DNA of 23,793 nucleotides from Ginkgo biloba (lineage: Eukaryota > Plantae > Ginkgophyta), in contig JANKJI020000002.1 of the NCBI GenBank assembly GCA_024626585.2, forward strand, positions 24,590,111-24,613,903, written 5' to 3'. The position numbers and the translations under genes were made by a program. The notes beneath the pieces are model-generated. The model was not told the DNA's origin. It did no database searches and worked only from the letters and a program-made list of their open reading frames with translations. Of this stretch, positions 11,782 to 22,555 are shown in pieces. How positions within the stretch are numbered: the first letter of the stretch is position 1; every line of letters starts with the position of its first letter.

Positions 11782-12284
11782 TTAGAGATTTGTTTCCCTC
11801 AAGGAAATACTAGAGAAAATCAATGCTACAAGCTTCCACTTTGTCATTGTTAGGGTGGATATTTAAAAAACTGATAGACACTAATTATGCTCATGTGATG
11901 ATAGAATGATATTGTAACTTTGGTTTTGGTATCTACTTTTGTTGCTAACATTAAACTCCTTTCATATTTCTTCCAAATCACATAGCCAAATGAGATCATA
12001 AGTGAAGTCTCTATCATTTATCTTCACAAGTCCTTCGTGTATTCTCTCTTTAGAATTATCTAATTAAGAAAGGGTTTCTTCTCTACCTAGGTCATTATAA
12101 TAAGAATCCTGAGTTGTTGGAACAATATGGAAAGGAACCCAAACATTCTCATTAATGGCACCCTCGGTCTCATCATATGAGCCAGGATCATAATATTCTT
12201 GTTTGTAGTAATTCTCTTAATGATCCATTTCTCTATCATCAGAGTCATTAACATGTATGATATGATCTCCATCTCCATATTAAT
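11782..12284 (-). mobile_element. Internal region upstream of the PPT, with an acidic decayed reading frame and no integrase/chromodomain (likely non-autonomous)
   Basis: Minus frame DGDHIIHVNDSDDREMDH*ENYYKQEYYDPGSYDETEG...IFSSISLRETNL*GGG runs into the PPT. No pol motif recognised. Confidence 0.4.
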
Positions 12285-12384
12285 NNNNNNNNNNNNNNNN
12301 NNNNNNNNNNNNNNNNNNNNNNNNNNNNNNNNNNNNNNNNNNNNNNNNNNNNNNNNNNNNNNNNNNNNNNNNNNNNNNNNNNNN

Positions 12385-13737
12385 ATTAATCAACTTTCTG
12401 ACTTGGGAGTGACCTTGGTAAAATCTTTCCACTTTCTTGAAAGAAAAGTACTCTTCTAGGGTATGGAAATCTAACATTTTGATAAAAACCTTAGCAGTTA
12501 AAAGATAAAGTATCTTTCCATTAGCAGTGATCACCATCCTTTTAACTACACCACCATTTTTACTAGGTTGAATTTCCATGCTATCCACTCTATCAAATTT
12601 TGACATGGCATTATGTTTGGGATGGTTGTTGCTCGAACCAACCTAGACCTCCATAAAGGGTTTTCTTCTCTCTTTTCTTTCACTATGTGCATGAATCCTT
12701 CATACATGAGACTAAATTTTTCCTATATGTGTTCAAGGTATCTCAAATCTCAATCGACATCATGGTTTCAGATGCCTTCACTTTTGGTCCTTTCACACTT
12801 CTTCTTGTCATCATGAGTGTGCCAAGAAAATAACTCATGATGTAGTTTTGTATCAATGACTCTTAGATCTAAATATAAAATAATTATTTATGAAGATCTT
12901 CTGAAGATAATTTGTTACAAGAAAAATGGGGTTTTAAAATATTAATAATGTGAGTGGAAACTTTAAGAGTCACTCAAAAATCCCCAAAAAGTTTGAGAGA
13001 ACTAGCAGACCCAAGTTCGTGAATTTAGTCTTTCAAATTTTAATATGGGGTCCAAAGAAGTGGATCAGAGTTTGGGTATTAGAAAGCCTTCAAAGTTTAA
13101 AGTTAGAAATGGGTGTTGAGTTCACAGATCCAAATAGATTATACAATCCTATTAATAACTATTTTGGATGTTCTTCCATCCATGACTCAGGGAATCATAG
13201 TCCAGAAGAAGAACCTGGTACATCATGAAGAAGATCCTATTCTTCCAAGTCTCACAGACTCAAAGAAAAATAAACTAGAATTTAGTTAGAAATTAGGCCT
13301 TTAGGTCATGATAAAATATTTTCCTTGACTCCATAATTATATTTCCCTAAACATTTGAAGTACCATCAGGTGGAGATAAATGGAAACTTTAGGTATTTAA
13401 ATTGAGACATGTGTTGGTGTAAGGTTGTTATTCATCTCACCAAATCATCTCTTTACACACCTCAGCATGTGAGATGAGTGAATCATCCCATATCTCAAGT
13501 GAAGTAATTACCATGATGTATAGTTAATGATCAAGGTGGAAAGTTTGGCATCCTTCAAATTAAAAGAAAGTGGCATGTTAATTACGTACCTTTAAAGATT
13601 TTTTGTCAAGAAGTCGACCAACTCTTGCAAAGTAATCTGCAGAGTCAAAGGTGAGAACAGAAGATGAAAGAAAAGTTTGCATTTATAGAAGAAATCCTTT
13701 CTATTTGTAGATATTGACTACAATTTGATTGTAGATT
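12385..13737 (-). mobile_element. Retroelement segment copy A: accessory-ORF 5' part (12814 to 12385) plus ~920 bp upstream
   Basis: Colinear over ~1.35 kb with ~21217-22555 (roughly 85-90% identical by eye). The ORF starts MMTRRSVKGPKVKASETMMSIEI*DT. Confidence 0.85.
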
Positions 13738-13744
13738 ATGTATC

Positions 13745-14337
13745 ATGGCTAGAAGGAGTGTAGGAGGAACAAGGGATCAAACATTTGAAATTTTCTTTAT
13801 AGTGAAAATTTGAGATACCCTACATACTTGTCGAGTAGAATTTAGGCTCATGAATGAGGGTTTTACTCATATGGAAAAAGAGAGAAGAGAAGCAAACCTT
13901 ACATGTAGATCCAATCTCATGTAAGAAGTAACTATTCCTGATGCAATGCCATGTAGATGAGTGATAGATTGGATGGATAAAAGGTTTGACTCAGATAGGA
14001 GGACAGTGTTCACCGTCAAAGGACATGTACATTCTACTCCTTGACTCTTGAGTTTCTTCATAAAATGTTGAAATTGACTATTCTTGAAGAACAATTTTCA
14101 TTTGAAAAGGGAAAATAAATTTATTAGAATTATACTTAAATGCCAAAATTAATCAATTATTGGAGAGATGAGCCAATTACAAATCTTTTTAAAAAACCTC
14201 ATTATGAAACGGATAAATTAGAACAAGAATATAAAGATATAGTAGTACTATTGAGCAAGATAACTTGTGAGAAGGAAACAACAAAAGTATACCATTACAT
14301 GGTATACCTAATTTATGAGGTTAGTAAGAAAGGATGA
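13745..14337 (+). pseudogene. Accessory ORF, divergent copy D (opposite orientation)
   Basis: MARRSVGGTRDQTFEIFFIVKI*DTLHTCRVEFRLMNEGFTHMEKERREANLTCRSNLM*EVTIPDAMPCR*VIDWMDKRFDSDRRTVFTVKG.../..KLINYWRDEPITNLFKKPHYETDKLEQEYKDIVVLLSKITCEKETTKVYHYMVYLIYEV aligns residue for residue with copies A-C. Confidence 0.85.
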
Positions 14338-14560
14338 GTAAAAAATAACATGTATATGTAATAACCAAGAGCATGTATTTTTTCAACCTTTTGGGTAAGG
14401 ATCCTTGATTCCCTTATTAAAAAATATGCAGAATTCAACAAAATCATTTTTAATAAAAGCNNNNNNNNNNNNNNNNNNNNNNNNNNNNNNNNNNNNNNNN
14501 NNNNNNNNNNNNNNNNNNNNNNNNNNNNNNNNNNNNNNNNNNNNNNNNNNNNNNNNNNNN

Positions 14561-15607
14561 TTGGCCTGCCCATTATTTTAAACTGTGGAAGTTCTAAATT
14601 CCAAAGAAAATAAGTGAAAGGCAATCTTCTTCCATTTCTGGAAAAATTTTGCATATATAGCTAAATTTGTTGGCATACTTAATTCATTAGAATCTAATCA
14701 TCTACATATTTTAACAGTCGATATGGATTACCTTCAAAACCATACAATCTCGGATGCCTTTCAATGCATCATTAGCTAATTTGCTCACCCTAGGTGGATC
14801 TAAATTTTCTAACAAAGATAAAACTTTATATACAAATTTGTCACTCATCAAGTAGATGTATTTTTTATACTTCTCCTTCTAGATTTTAGGATATAAAATA
14901 GGAGTCGGTATTCCCTTTCCATCTTTATTCAAAGAATTGAAAGGAAAACCTAGAAAGTCCTAGAGAAAAGCATAGCATAGATCGAATGAGAAGACATGAA
15001 AAATTGCTATGTCCTAGTGATTTGGACAAGTTGGTTAACAATAGTTCCACTGATGAGGTTCTCCCAATAAAAAATGTATCTCTTATTTGTGACCTTTTGG
15101 ATCACATATACCATATAATGATATACTTTAGCAATATCTTTTTCACCAAATATTTTGCTCAAAAAAGCGACCACATATTTATATACTCTTTCTAGCTTAT
15201 TGGTCTCACAATGTGGTTTCCTTGTAGGATTTAGAATTGGATCGTCTCTCCATGAATTATTCAATTTTGTGACTTGAGGGTGACCCTGGTAAAATCCCTC
15301 CACTTTCTTAAAAGAAAAGTACTCTTCTAGGGTAGGGAAATCTAATATTTTGTTAAAAACCTTAGCAGTTAAAAGATAAAGTATCTTTCCATTAGTAGTG
15401 ATCACCATCCTTTTAAGTACACCATCATTTTTACTAGGTTGAATCTCCATGGTATCCACTCTATCAAATGCTGACATGGCATTACATTTGGGATGGTTGT
15501 TGCTCAAACCAACCCAGACCTCCATAAAGGGTTTGCTTCTCTGTTTTCTTTCACCATGTGCATGAATGCTTCATACATGAGACTAAATTTGGCCTGCATA
15601 TGTCCGA
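14561..15607 (-). pseudogene. Accessory ORF copy B (longest; includes track ORFs 15007-15525 and 14313-14654 in part)
   Basis: ...NPLWRSGLV*ATTIPNVMPCQHLIEW/..MVITTNGKILY...WRDDP...FLSKIFGEKD...FYWENLISGTIVNQL..*QFFMSSHSIYAMLF/..LYPKI*KEKYKKYIYLMSDKF...PPRVSKLANDAL/..RLYGFEGNPYRLLKYVDD. The motifs recall extra ORFs of gymnosperm Gypsy elements (from memory, not searched). Confidence 0.8.
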
Positions 15608-15707
15608 NNNNNNNNNNNNNNNNNNNNNNNNNNNNNNNNNNNNNNNNNNNNNNNNNNNNNNNNNNNNNNNNNNNNNNNNNNNNNNNNNNNNNNNNNNNNN
15701 NNNNNNN

Positions 15708-16930
15708 GAAATAAAAGATATGCCAACTTTCTATAAAGGAAGAGAAGAGTAGTTCACCACTAATATTTGAAGTTATATAACTTTGTGATTGATTCAAAAT
15801 ATCAACAATAAGATCAACTCATTGAAAAGACAAGTAGGAGAAAATATAATAATGGTTTATCATCCAAAACCAAAATCAATTCCAGGTTCAAAATCAATAA
15901 CTATAACTAAGACTACCTTTTCCACCCAATAATGGAATCAATTATAGGTTTTGTTAACAAGATCACCCATAAGATACCTATACCAAATTCTTAAGATTTA
16001 ATGAATTATCAATCCAATTATAAAAAATGATAGATGTGGGTTGTTCTAATTCCAATTCCATTTCTACATCTAGTTGGAGTCAGTCCAATTCGGTTAATCT
16101 TAAGAGAAAGAATGAAGACATTATTCAAAGATAAATGAAAGTTTAAACCAAGAACAAAACCTATCGATCTCACAATAAAAATGTTGCGCAATGCCAACCT
16201 TCTATATAAGGATTCTAACCTACCAAGAAGAATCCTCCACTATAATAAAGACCCTCCTAGCTTAGGAGGATTGGGAGTACTTCTTTAGAAGAAAATACAA
16301 TGAATGATTTTTCTAAGTATATTACTAATATGACATTATTAGATGCATTGAAGACAATAGTCCATATCAAAAATCCAAATAGGACAGTGAGAATCAATGA
16401 TTCCACCCCAACTGCTATACTTATAAGGAGTAAACCTCTATAAGTACCATATAATCTTCCATTTTATATCTCTTTTAGGATATACGATTACGTATTTTAT
16501 AATTTTATGATTCCTACAGGAGAAATGAATAATGTTATGCTTTATATCATTATAAAAATATTAGGACTTGAGTGTACTTGAACCATTAAATCCATTCTAG
16601 CAATGGATTAATGACTAGTGAAAAAAAATGGGAAAATTTAAGACTTGTTCATACACATTAACTCATCCTCAAATCTTATTGTTATAATGAATGCAATAGT
16701 TGTTGAGTTATCAAAGGCTTACAACATGTTGCTAGGGAGAAATTGGACTTCTTCATTGGACATACTTATGAACAGGGATGGGTATTTTATGATGATCCCA
16801 TATCAACATGAGCTTATACAAGTTGATAGGGAATTAATGGTTTACATGAGGTCAAGGCTGAGGTGAGCTATTAAAATATTGATCCAAGCATGCACGCTAT
16901 ATTTACTACCTTAGAACTAGTTTGTAGTCA
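15708..16930 (+). pseudogene. Ty3/Gypsy (Tat/Ogre-like) gag C-terminus and aspartic protease remnant
   Basis: 16456-16850 in one frame: LPFYISFRIYDYVFYNFMIPTGEMNNVMLYIIIKILGLECT*...KI*DLFIHI...IMNAIVVELSKAYNMLLGRNW. This matches the retropepsin pattern PFYIS...(L/I)D(S/T)G..N.M...LGL...Y.MLLGR.W, with the catalytic Asp position (16513-16515) mutated. Confidence 0.85.
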
Positions 16931-18171
16931 ATTACCGAGGAAAGAAGAATNNNNNNNNNNNNNNNNNNNNNNNNNNNNNNNNNNNNNNNNNNNNNNNNNN
17001 NNNNNNNNNNNNNNNNNNNNNNNNNNNNNNNNNNNNNNNNNNNNNNNNNNTATTTTTTATTTTTCATAAGACTTGTTTATACGTATATAAATATATAGAT
17101 ATTAAATATATAATATATAAGACATAATATATACACATAAAAAAATCCTACATAAAATTCAAGATCATCCACTAGCCTCATGGATAAATATAATTAGTCA
17201 ATTATTTATTGAATAAGGTTTAATGATAAAAGGTAAAAGAACCAATAATAAGAATGCATAGTCTCTAACCATATATCTATTTATTCACATCCATCTAACT
17301 ATACACATGTATTAATAATGTATCATCACCTTTATTATGTAACTTGTTGGTATGGAAGCATGTATGTGAATGTTATTGGATAATTTCCTCTTGGTTGTCA
17401 TGTCCATGATTAAATCTATCATAATACTTCAAAATCCATGAAAATTCATTGTAAATAATTTGAACATAATAAAATATAAAAATAATCTTCTCTCAATTTC
17501 CTTACTATTAATGTTACTTCTTTTCCCTAGCATACCATACCTTTCTCCTATTAGTCACATTTTTCCTGCTCTGGCATCATAGCTTTTTCCTTCACCACCA
17601 TGGGTTTTCCTATGATGATGTTTCCTTTTCCTATAGTATAGAAATTGAATTCAAAGATAGATTCACTTGTTGGGATAGACACGTGATAGAGAATAAGGAA
17701 TTGATAAATATAAAGAGAATGCAAACAAGAATGTGAACATAATAAAAGAGTACTTTTATTACTCAAAATCATTCTTGTGATTCTAAGAGATAATATAATA
17801 TATAAGAATGATTAAGATTAATTCTTTGGATTATGCTCTCATTTCAAGATTAATTAAGGTCTTAATTATATATCTATCCAAAATTATATAATTCATACAA
17901 CCTTTCACAAGTAATACCTATTTTTCATGTAAGGAATCATCTTTGGTATAGTAGTAAAAAATCCTAATATAAACAAGGTTAAATTGAAAAATATCATATG
18001 AATAATTATCCCGTAAGGTCATAAATCTGTTAATAAAATAAAGGTCATGTGCCTAAAGCTATTGGTGCTAAGTCCTTATCTATTACTCAATATGTTTATA
18101 TATGTGTGTTTACACATCAATTGCTTCCTTCTTCAAAGGAAATAGTCCCTATTTCTTATTATGTTTTGTAT

Positions 18172-18495
18172 GTGAAAATTTATATTGAGGTCAAACCTCT
18201 ATATTTTAGTCTCTTATGTGGAAAAATGTAGTTATCCTACTATTTTGATTCTTATGTTACCACCTTAACCTTTATGCTATCTATGATAAAGGATATGTGA
18301 TGCTCTATTTATGATGGTAAGGTAGTAATGTGATATCAAGGTGTTGACATGATAATGACATGTCAATTTTATTTAGTCATCCTATACTTATATTATAAAA
18401 TATCACATCTCTAAAATACCACATTGACATAATCAATAGGAACTACATATTATTTAACTTGGTCAATGTAGGAATTTATCATAATAAATCTTACC
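18172..18495. mobile_element. Decayed fold-back / MITE-like element
   Basis: Nested inverted matches: gtgaaaattt/aaatcttacc, atgtagtt (18226)/aactacat (18441), atgtgat/atcacat, ttgacatg/catgtcaa at the centre. Flanked by direct TTGTAT at 18166-18171 and 18496-18501. Confidence 0.4.
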
Positions 18496-18499
18496 TTGT

Positions 18500-20754
18500 A
18501 TTACTAATTCAATAACTTCATACAATCCAAGCCAAAGAAAATCAAAGTTGTGATGGGCATCAAGTTTATCCTTTGTTTTATTCCACATTAACATGTAGTC
18601 ACCCATCTAAAACTCCTTCCATGATGCCTTTTTGTCAAAATTGCACTTGAATTTATCTTGATATTTCTGCAAAAGAAAGATCTTATCCTGTCGATTCTCT
18701 TCTAACTATAGGAGATCAGATAAGAATTATTCAATAGGATCATTATTGGAACCTTCATCAATTTCATGTATGGCCAATCTCAATGCTAGAATATAGATAT
18801 TTATTGGTAGGAAAATTTCTTTTCCATATATGATTGCATAAGGGAAAGACCCAAGACCATGTTTCATGTTGATACACACTATCCACAAAGATAAGAACAA
18901 CTTGAGGTGCCAATAATTTTGATTATATTACACCATTATTTTTAGGATCTCAATCACACTCTTATTGGTGGAATCTTCTAGAACATTACCCTAAGGATAA
19001 TAGTTGGAGGAGAGTGTGAACAATATTTCGTAAGAGTTGTAGAATTAGATCATTTCATATGATACAATCTGACACAATCTGATTAGGGACTTTGAAATGT
19101 GATAAAAAAATTTGTTCTAGAAATCAAATGACTTCTTTAAAATATGCCATTTTTAAATGAATATCCTCTACTCATTTTATGAATAATAGTTAAGAAATAA
19201 GTATGCCCTTTGTCATGAGGTGGATTTATAGGACTAAAAAAATCCATACCTGATTGAGTAAAAGGCTCTTCAACTATAATTGACCATAAAGGTATGGCTA
19301 CTAGCTTTTATTTTCCCATGAAAATTTGACATAGGATACATGCCTTAACCATATTGTAAGTTTCTTAAAATAGAATAGGCCAATAATATCCTATCTGAAT
19401 AATTTTGTAGGTAGTGGTCAAAGAAGAAAAATTTCCTCTACAAAATCGCGAATAGAATTCATTCAACATTTATTTTCTTATTCTATTTCTAATAACCTCA
19501 ATAATATACCATCATAACATTATTAAAATTAATTTCATCAACCAGAATAAACTTGATAGATTTTAACTTCAGTATTCTCCTTTTATTCCTCAACAAGCCA
19601 TCAAGAATCACCCCATTTCAGAAATCAAAGATCATCTTTTGGTACCTCGATAAGAGTCTTGTTTCAACTATGTAAATTTCCACATTTGTAGTGTTTACCT
19701 CCTCTTATTTTAGGGATTAGTAAGAGAATCAACTGCTAATTCACATAACCCTCAACCTTTGATAATTTTGGTGGGCCTTACATCCATATAATATTCTTGG
19801 ATATTAGTAACCCAATTAGCCCATTTTCCACTCAACTATTTTTTATTCAATATTAATTTGACCAGATCTAAGGGCACATATGCCACAATATGAATCATCA
19901 GTATATATGGTTGGAAAAATTTGACAACTTTGACCAAAGAGTATGCTTTCCTTTTAACTTCAAAGCATTTTAACGCATAATCCCTTAAAAACCTTTCTCA
20001 TAAACATAATAGGTCATTCATGACCATTATTATATTTTTGAAACAACTACTTGCTCCAAAGCAAGTGAATAAATAATGAATTCTTTTTTGAAATCAAGAG
20101 CAACAAACATGAGGGATATTGTAAGATCCTCTTTTATTTTGATAAAGGCTTATCTGGCTTCATCATTCCATCTAAATTCCACTTCCTTCTTCAATATTCA
20201 GGTGATTGGATGTATAATATGAGAAAAATCATGAATGAACCTCATCACAAAATTGATCTTTCTCATAAAGGATTGAACAACCTTCTTATTTGAAAGTAAT
20301 GGTATAGACAGAATCACCCTTACTCTTCTAAGATCTATACAGGCTCCTTCTTTAGTGATGACATGTCATAATAACTTCCATTCTATCAATCCCAATATTG
20401 ACTTCTTGGGATTGAGTGAAATACCAAAATTTTTTCATCTTTCAAATATTTTCCTAATGTATTCGATGCGATTTGTCCATTCTTTATAAAAGATAGTGAG
20501 GTCATCCAAGTAAATTTGCTATAATTTTCCCAATGAATTATCTTAATGCAAATTCCATAGCTCTTTGAAAATTTTCTCCTCCATTTATCAATCCTAAAGG
20601 CATTCTCTAATAAGAAAATGTACCCCATAAGGTGGTGAAATCCATTTTATGTTGATCTTCATTTGCTACCAAGACTTGATTATAGCCTAAAAAACCATCC
20701 AACATATATATCATTTCTCCTTTGGTCACCATCTACAATAGTTGGTCCATCCTT
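18500..20754 (-). pseudogene. pol: Ty3/Gypsy (non-chromovirus, Tat/Ogre-like) pol: RT - RNase H - integrase, degenerate
   Basis: RT: MLDGFLGYNQVLVANEDQHK.FTTLWGTFSY*RMPLGLIN...FQRAM, IYLDDL (YLDD at 20501-20512), GISLNPKKS. RNase H: DFKKEFIIYS...PIMFM...KAYSLVK...WVTNIQEY. Integrase: GYYWP...KACILCQ, EPFTQSGMDF, SSNYYP*GN..EDSTNK, WLGLY (GPY motif). Order RT-RH-INT is the Gypsy order. Many stops and frameshifts. Confidence 0.95.
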
Positions 20755-20854
20755 NNNNNNNNNNNNNNNNNNNNNNNNNNNNNNNNNNNNNNNNNNNNNN
20801 NNNNNNNNNNNNNNNNNNNNNNNNNNNNNNNNNNNNNNNNNNNNNNNNNNNNNN

Positions 20855-21096
20855 TTAAGGAATTGAAGGTAGACCAATTCTATAGGATTTACATGTATGT
20901 TTTCTTTTGTGGAGTTTTAGACCAATTCTATTATTCCATTTTTTTACATTTTCTCCCCTATACATTATGTAGAATGAATTCCACCACCATCTTTTGATTT
21001 GATCCCCCACAGGGATAGGTGAAGGGATTGTCATGAAGGAGGAAATCCTTTGGCGAAACCCTAATAGACTGCGCCATCCATTCCTTTGCATATACA
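20855..21096 (+). mobile_element. Probable LTR-derived fragment abutting copy C
   Basis: Non-coding, ends abruptly where homology to copy B begins (~21098), and contains ggcgaaaccctaa. Assignment rests on general resemblance only. Confidence 0.3.
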
Positions 21097-21097
21097 A

Positions 21098-22555
21098 CTT
21101 TTCTTCACCAAATATTTTACTCAAAAGAGAAAACACATCTTTATATTATATTTCTAACTTATTTCTCTTATAATGTGTTTTCTTTGTGGGATTTAAAATT
21201 AGATCGTCTCTCTGTGAAATAATCAATTCTTTAACTTGAGGGTAACCCTAGTAAAAGACCTCCACTTTCTTGAAAGAAAAGTACTCTTCTAGGGTAGGGA
21301 AGTCTAACATGTTGTTTAAAACCTTAGTAGTTAAAAGATAAAGTATCTTTCCATTAGTAGTGATCACTATCCTTTTAACTATACCATCATTTTTACTAGG
21401 TTCAATCTCCATGCTACCCATTCTATCAAATGCTTACATGGCATTACGTTTAGGATGGTTTCTTCTCGAACAAACACAGACCTCCATAAAGGGTTTTCTT
21501 CTCTTTCACCATGTGCATGAATCCTTCATACATGAGACTAAATTTGGCCTACATGTGTCTAAGGTATCTCAAATCTCAATCAACATCATGCTTTTAGATG
21601 CCTTCATTTTTTCTCCTTTCACACTTCTTCATGAGTGTGCCAAGAAAATAACTCATGATGTAGTTTTGCAGGAATGACTCTGAGATCTAAACAAAAAATA
21701 ATTATTGATGAAGATCTTTTGAAGATAATTTGTTATAAGAAAAATGGGATTTTAAAATCTTAATAATGTGAGTGAAATTTTAGTAGTCACTCAAAAATTC
21801 CAAAACATTTCAAGACAACTAGAATACCCAAGTTCACAAATTCAATCTTTCAAATTTTAATATGGGATCCAAAGAAGTGTATCAGATTTTGGGTATTAGA
21901 AATCCTTCAAAGTTCAAAGTCAGAAACGGTTGTTGAGTCCATGGATCCAAATAGATTATATGATCCTATTAATAATCATTTTGGATCTTCTTCCATTAGT
22001 GACTCAGGCAATCAGAGTCTAGAAGAAGAAATTGGTGCATTATGAAGAAGATCTTATTCCCTCAAGTCTCACAGACTCGAAGAAAAATAAACTAGAATTT
22101 AGTTAGAGATTAGGCTTTCAGGTCATGATAAAATATTTTCCATGACTCCATAATGATATTTCCCTAAATATTTGAAGTACCATCAGGTGGAGATAAATGG
22201 AACCCCTTGGTATTTAAATCGAAATATGTGTTGGTGTAAGGTTGTTGTTTATCTCACCCAATCATCTCTTTACACACTTCAACATGTGAGATGAGTGAAT
22301 CATCCCATATCTCAAGTGAACTAATTACCATGATGTATAGTTAATGATCAAGGTAGAAAATTTGACGTCCTTCAAATTAAAATAAAGTGGCATGTTAATT
22401 AGCTACCTTTAAAGATTTATTGTCAAGAAGTCGTTCAACTCTTGCAAAGTAATCCACAGAGTCAAAGGTGAGAAGAGAAGATGAAATCAAAGTTTGGATT
22501 TGTAGAAGAAATCCTTTCTATTTGTAGATATTGACTACAGTTTGATTGTAGATTG
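21098..22555 (-). mobile_element. Retroelement segment copy C: accessory-ORF 5' half plus upstream region
   Basis: Colinear with 12385-13737 and with ~15135-15607. Ends at a gap. Confidence 0.85.

Noticed and set aside
12613-12816. Plus-strand ORFs antisense to the accessory gene (also 14986-15195 and 21360-21677)
   Set aside because: Shadow frames with starts and stops not conserved between copies.
15420-15525. N-terminus MEVWVGLSNNHPKC...GV of the 172-aa ORF (and MSKFDRVD... at 12606)
   Set aside because: Out-of-frame sequence created by the 17-bp duplication. The ancestral frame is NPLWRSGLV.ATTIPNVMPC, as copy D shows.
20386-20628. 80-aa minus-strand ORF
   Set aside because: Mostly off-frame reading of the RT region. 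The RT motifs lie in other frames.
15708-20754. gag-protease and RT-RH-INT as parts of one element
   Set aside because: They are on opposite strands and separated by a gap and unrelated sequence.
21011-21096. PPT-like purine run followed by a 68-bp TG...CA segment as a mini-LTR
   Set aside because: No second copy, no inverted termini beyond TG/CA and no TSD. More likely an internal LTR fragment.
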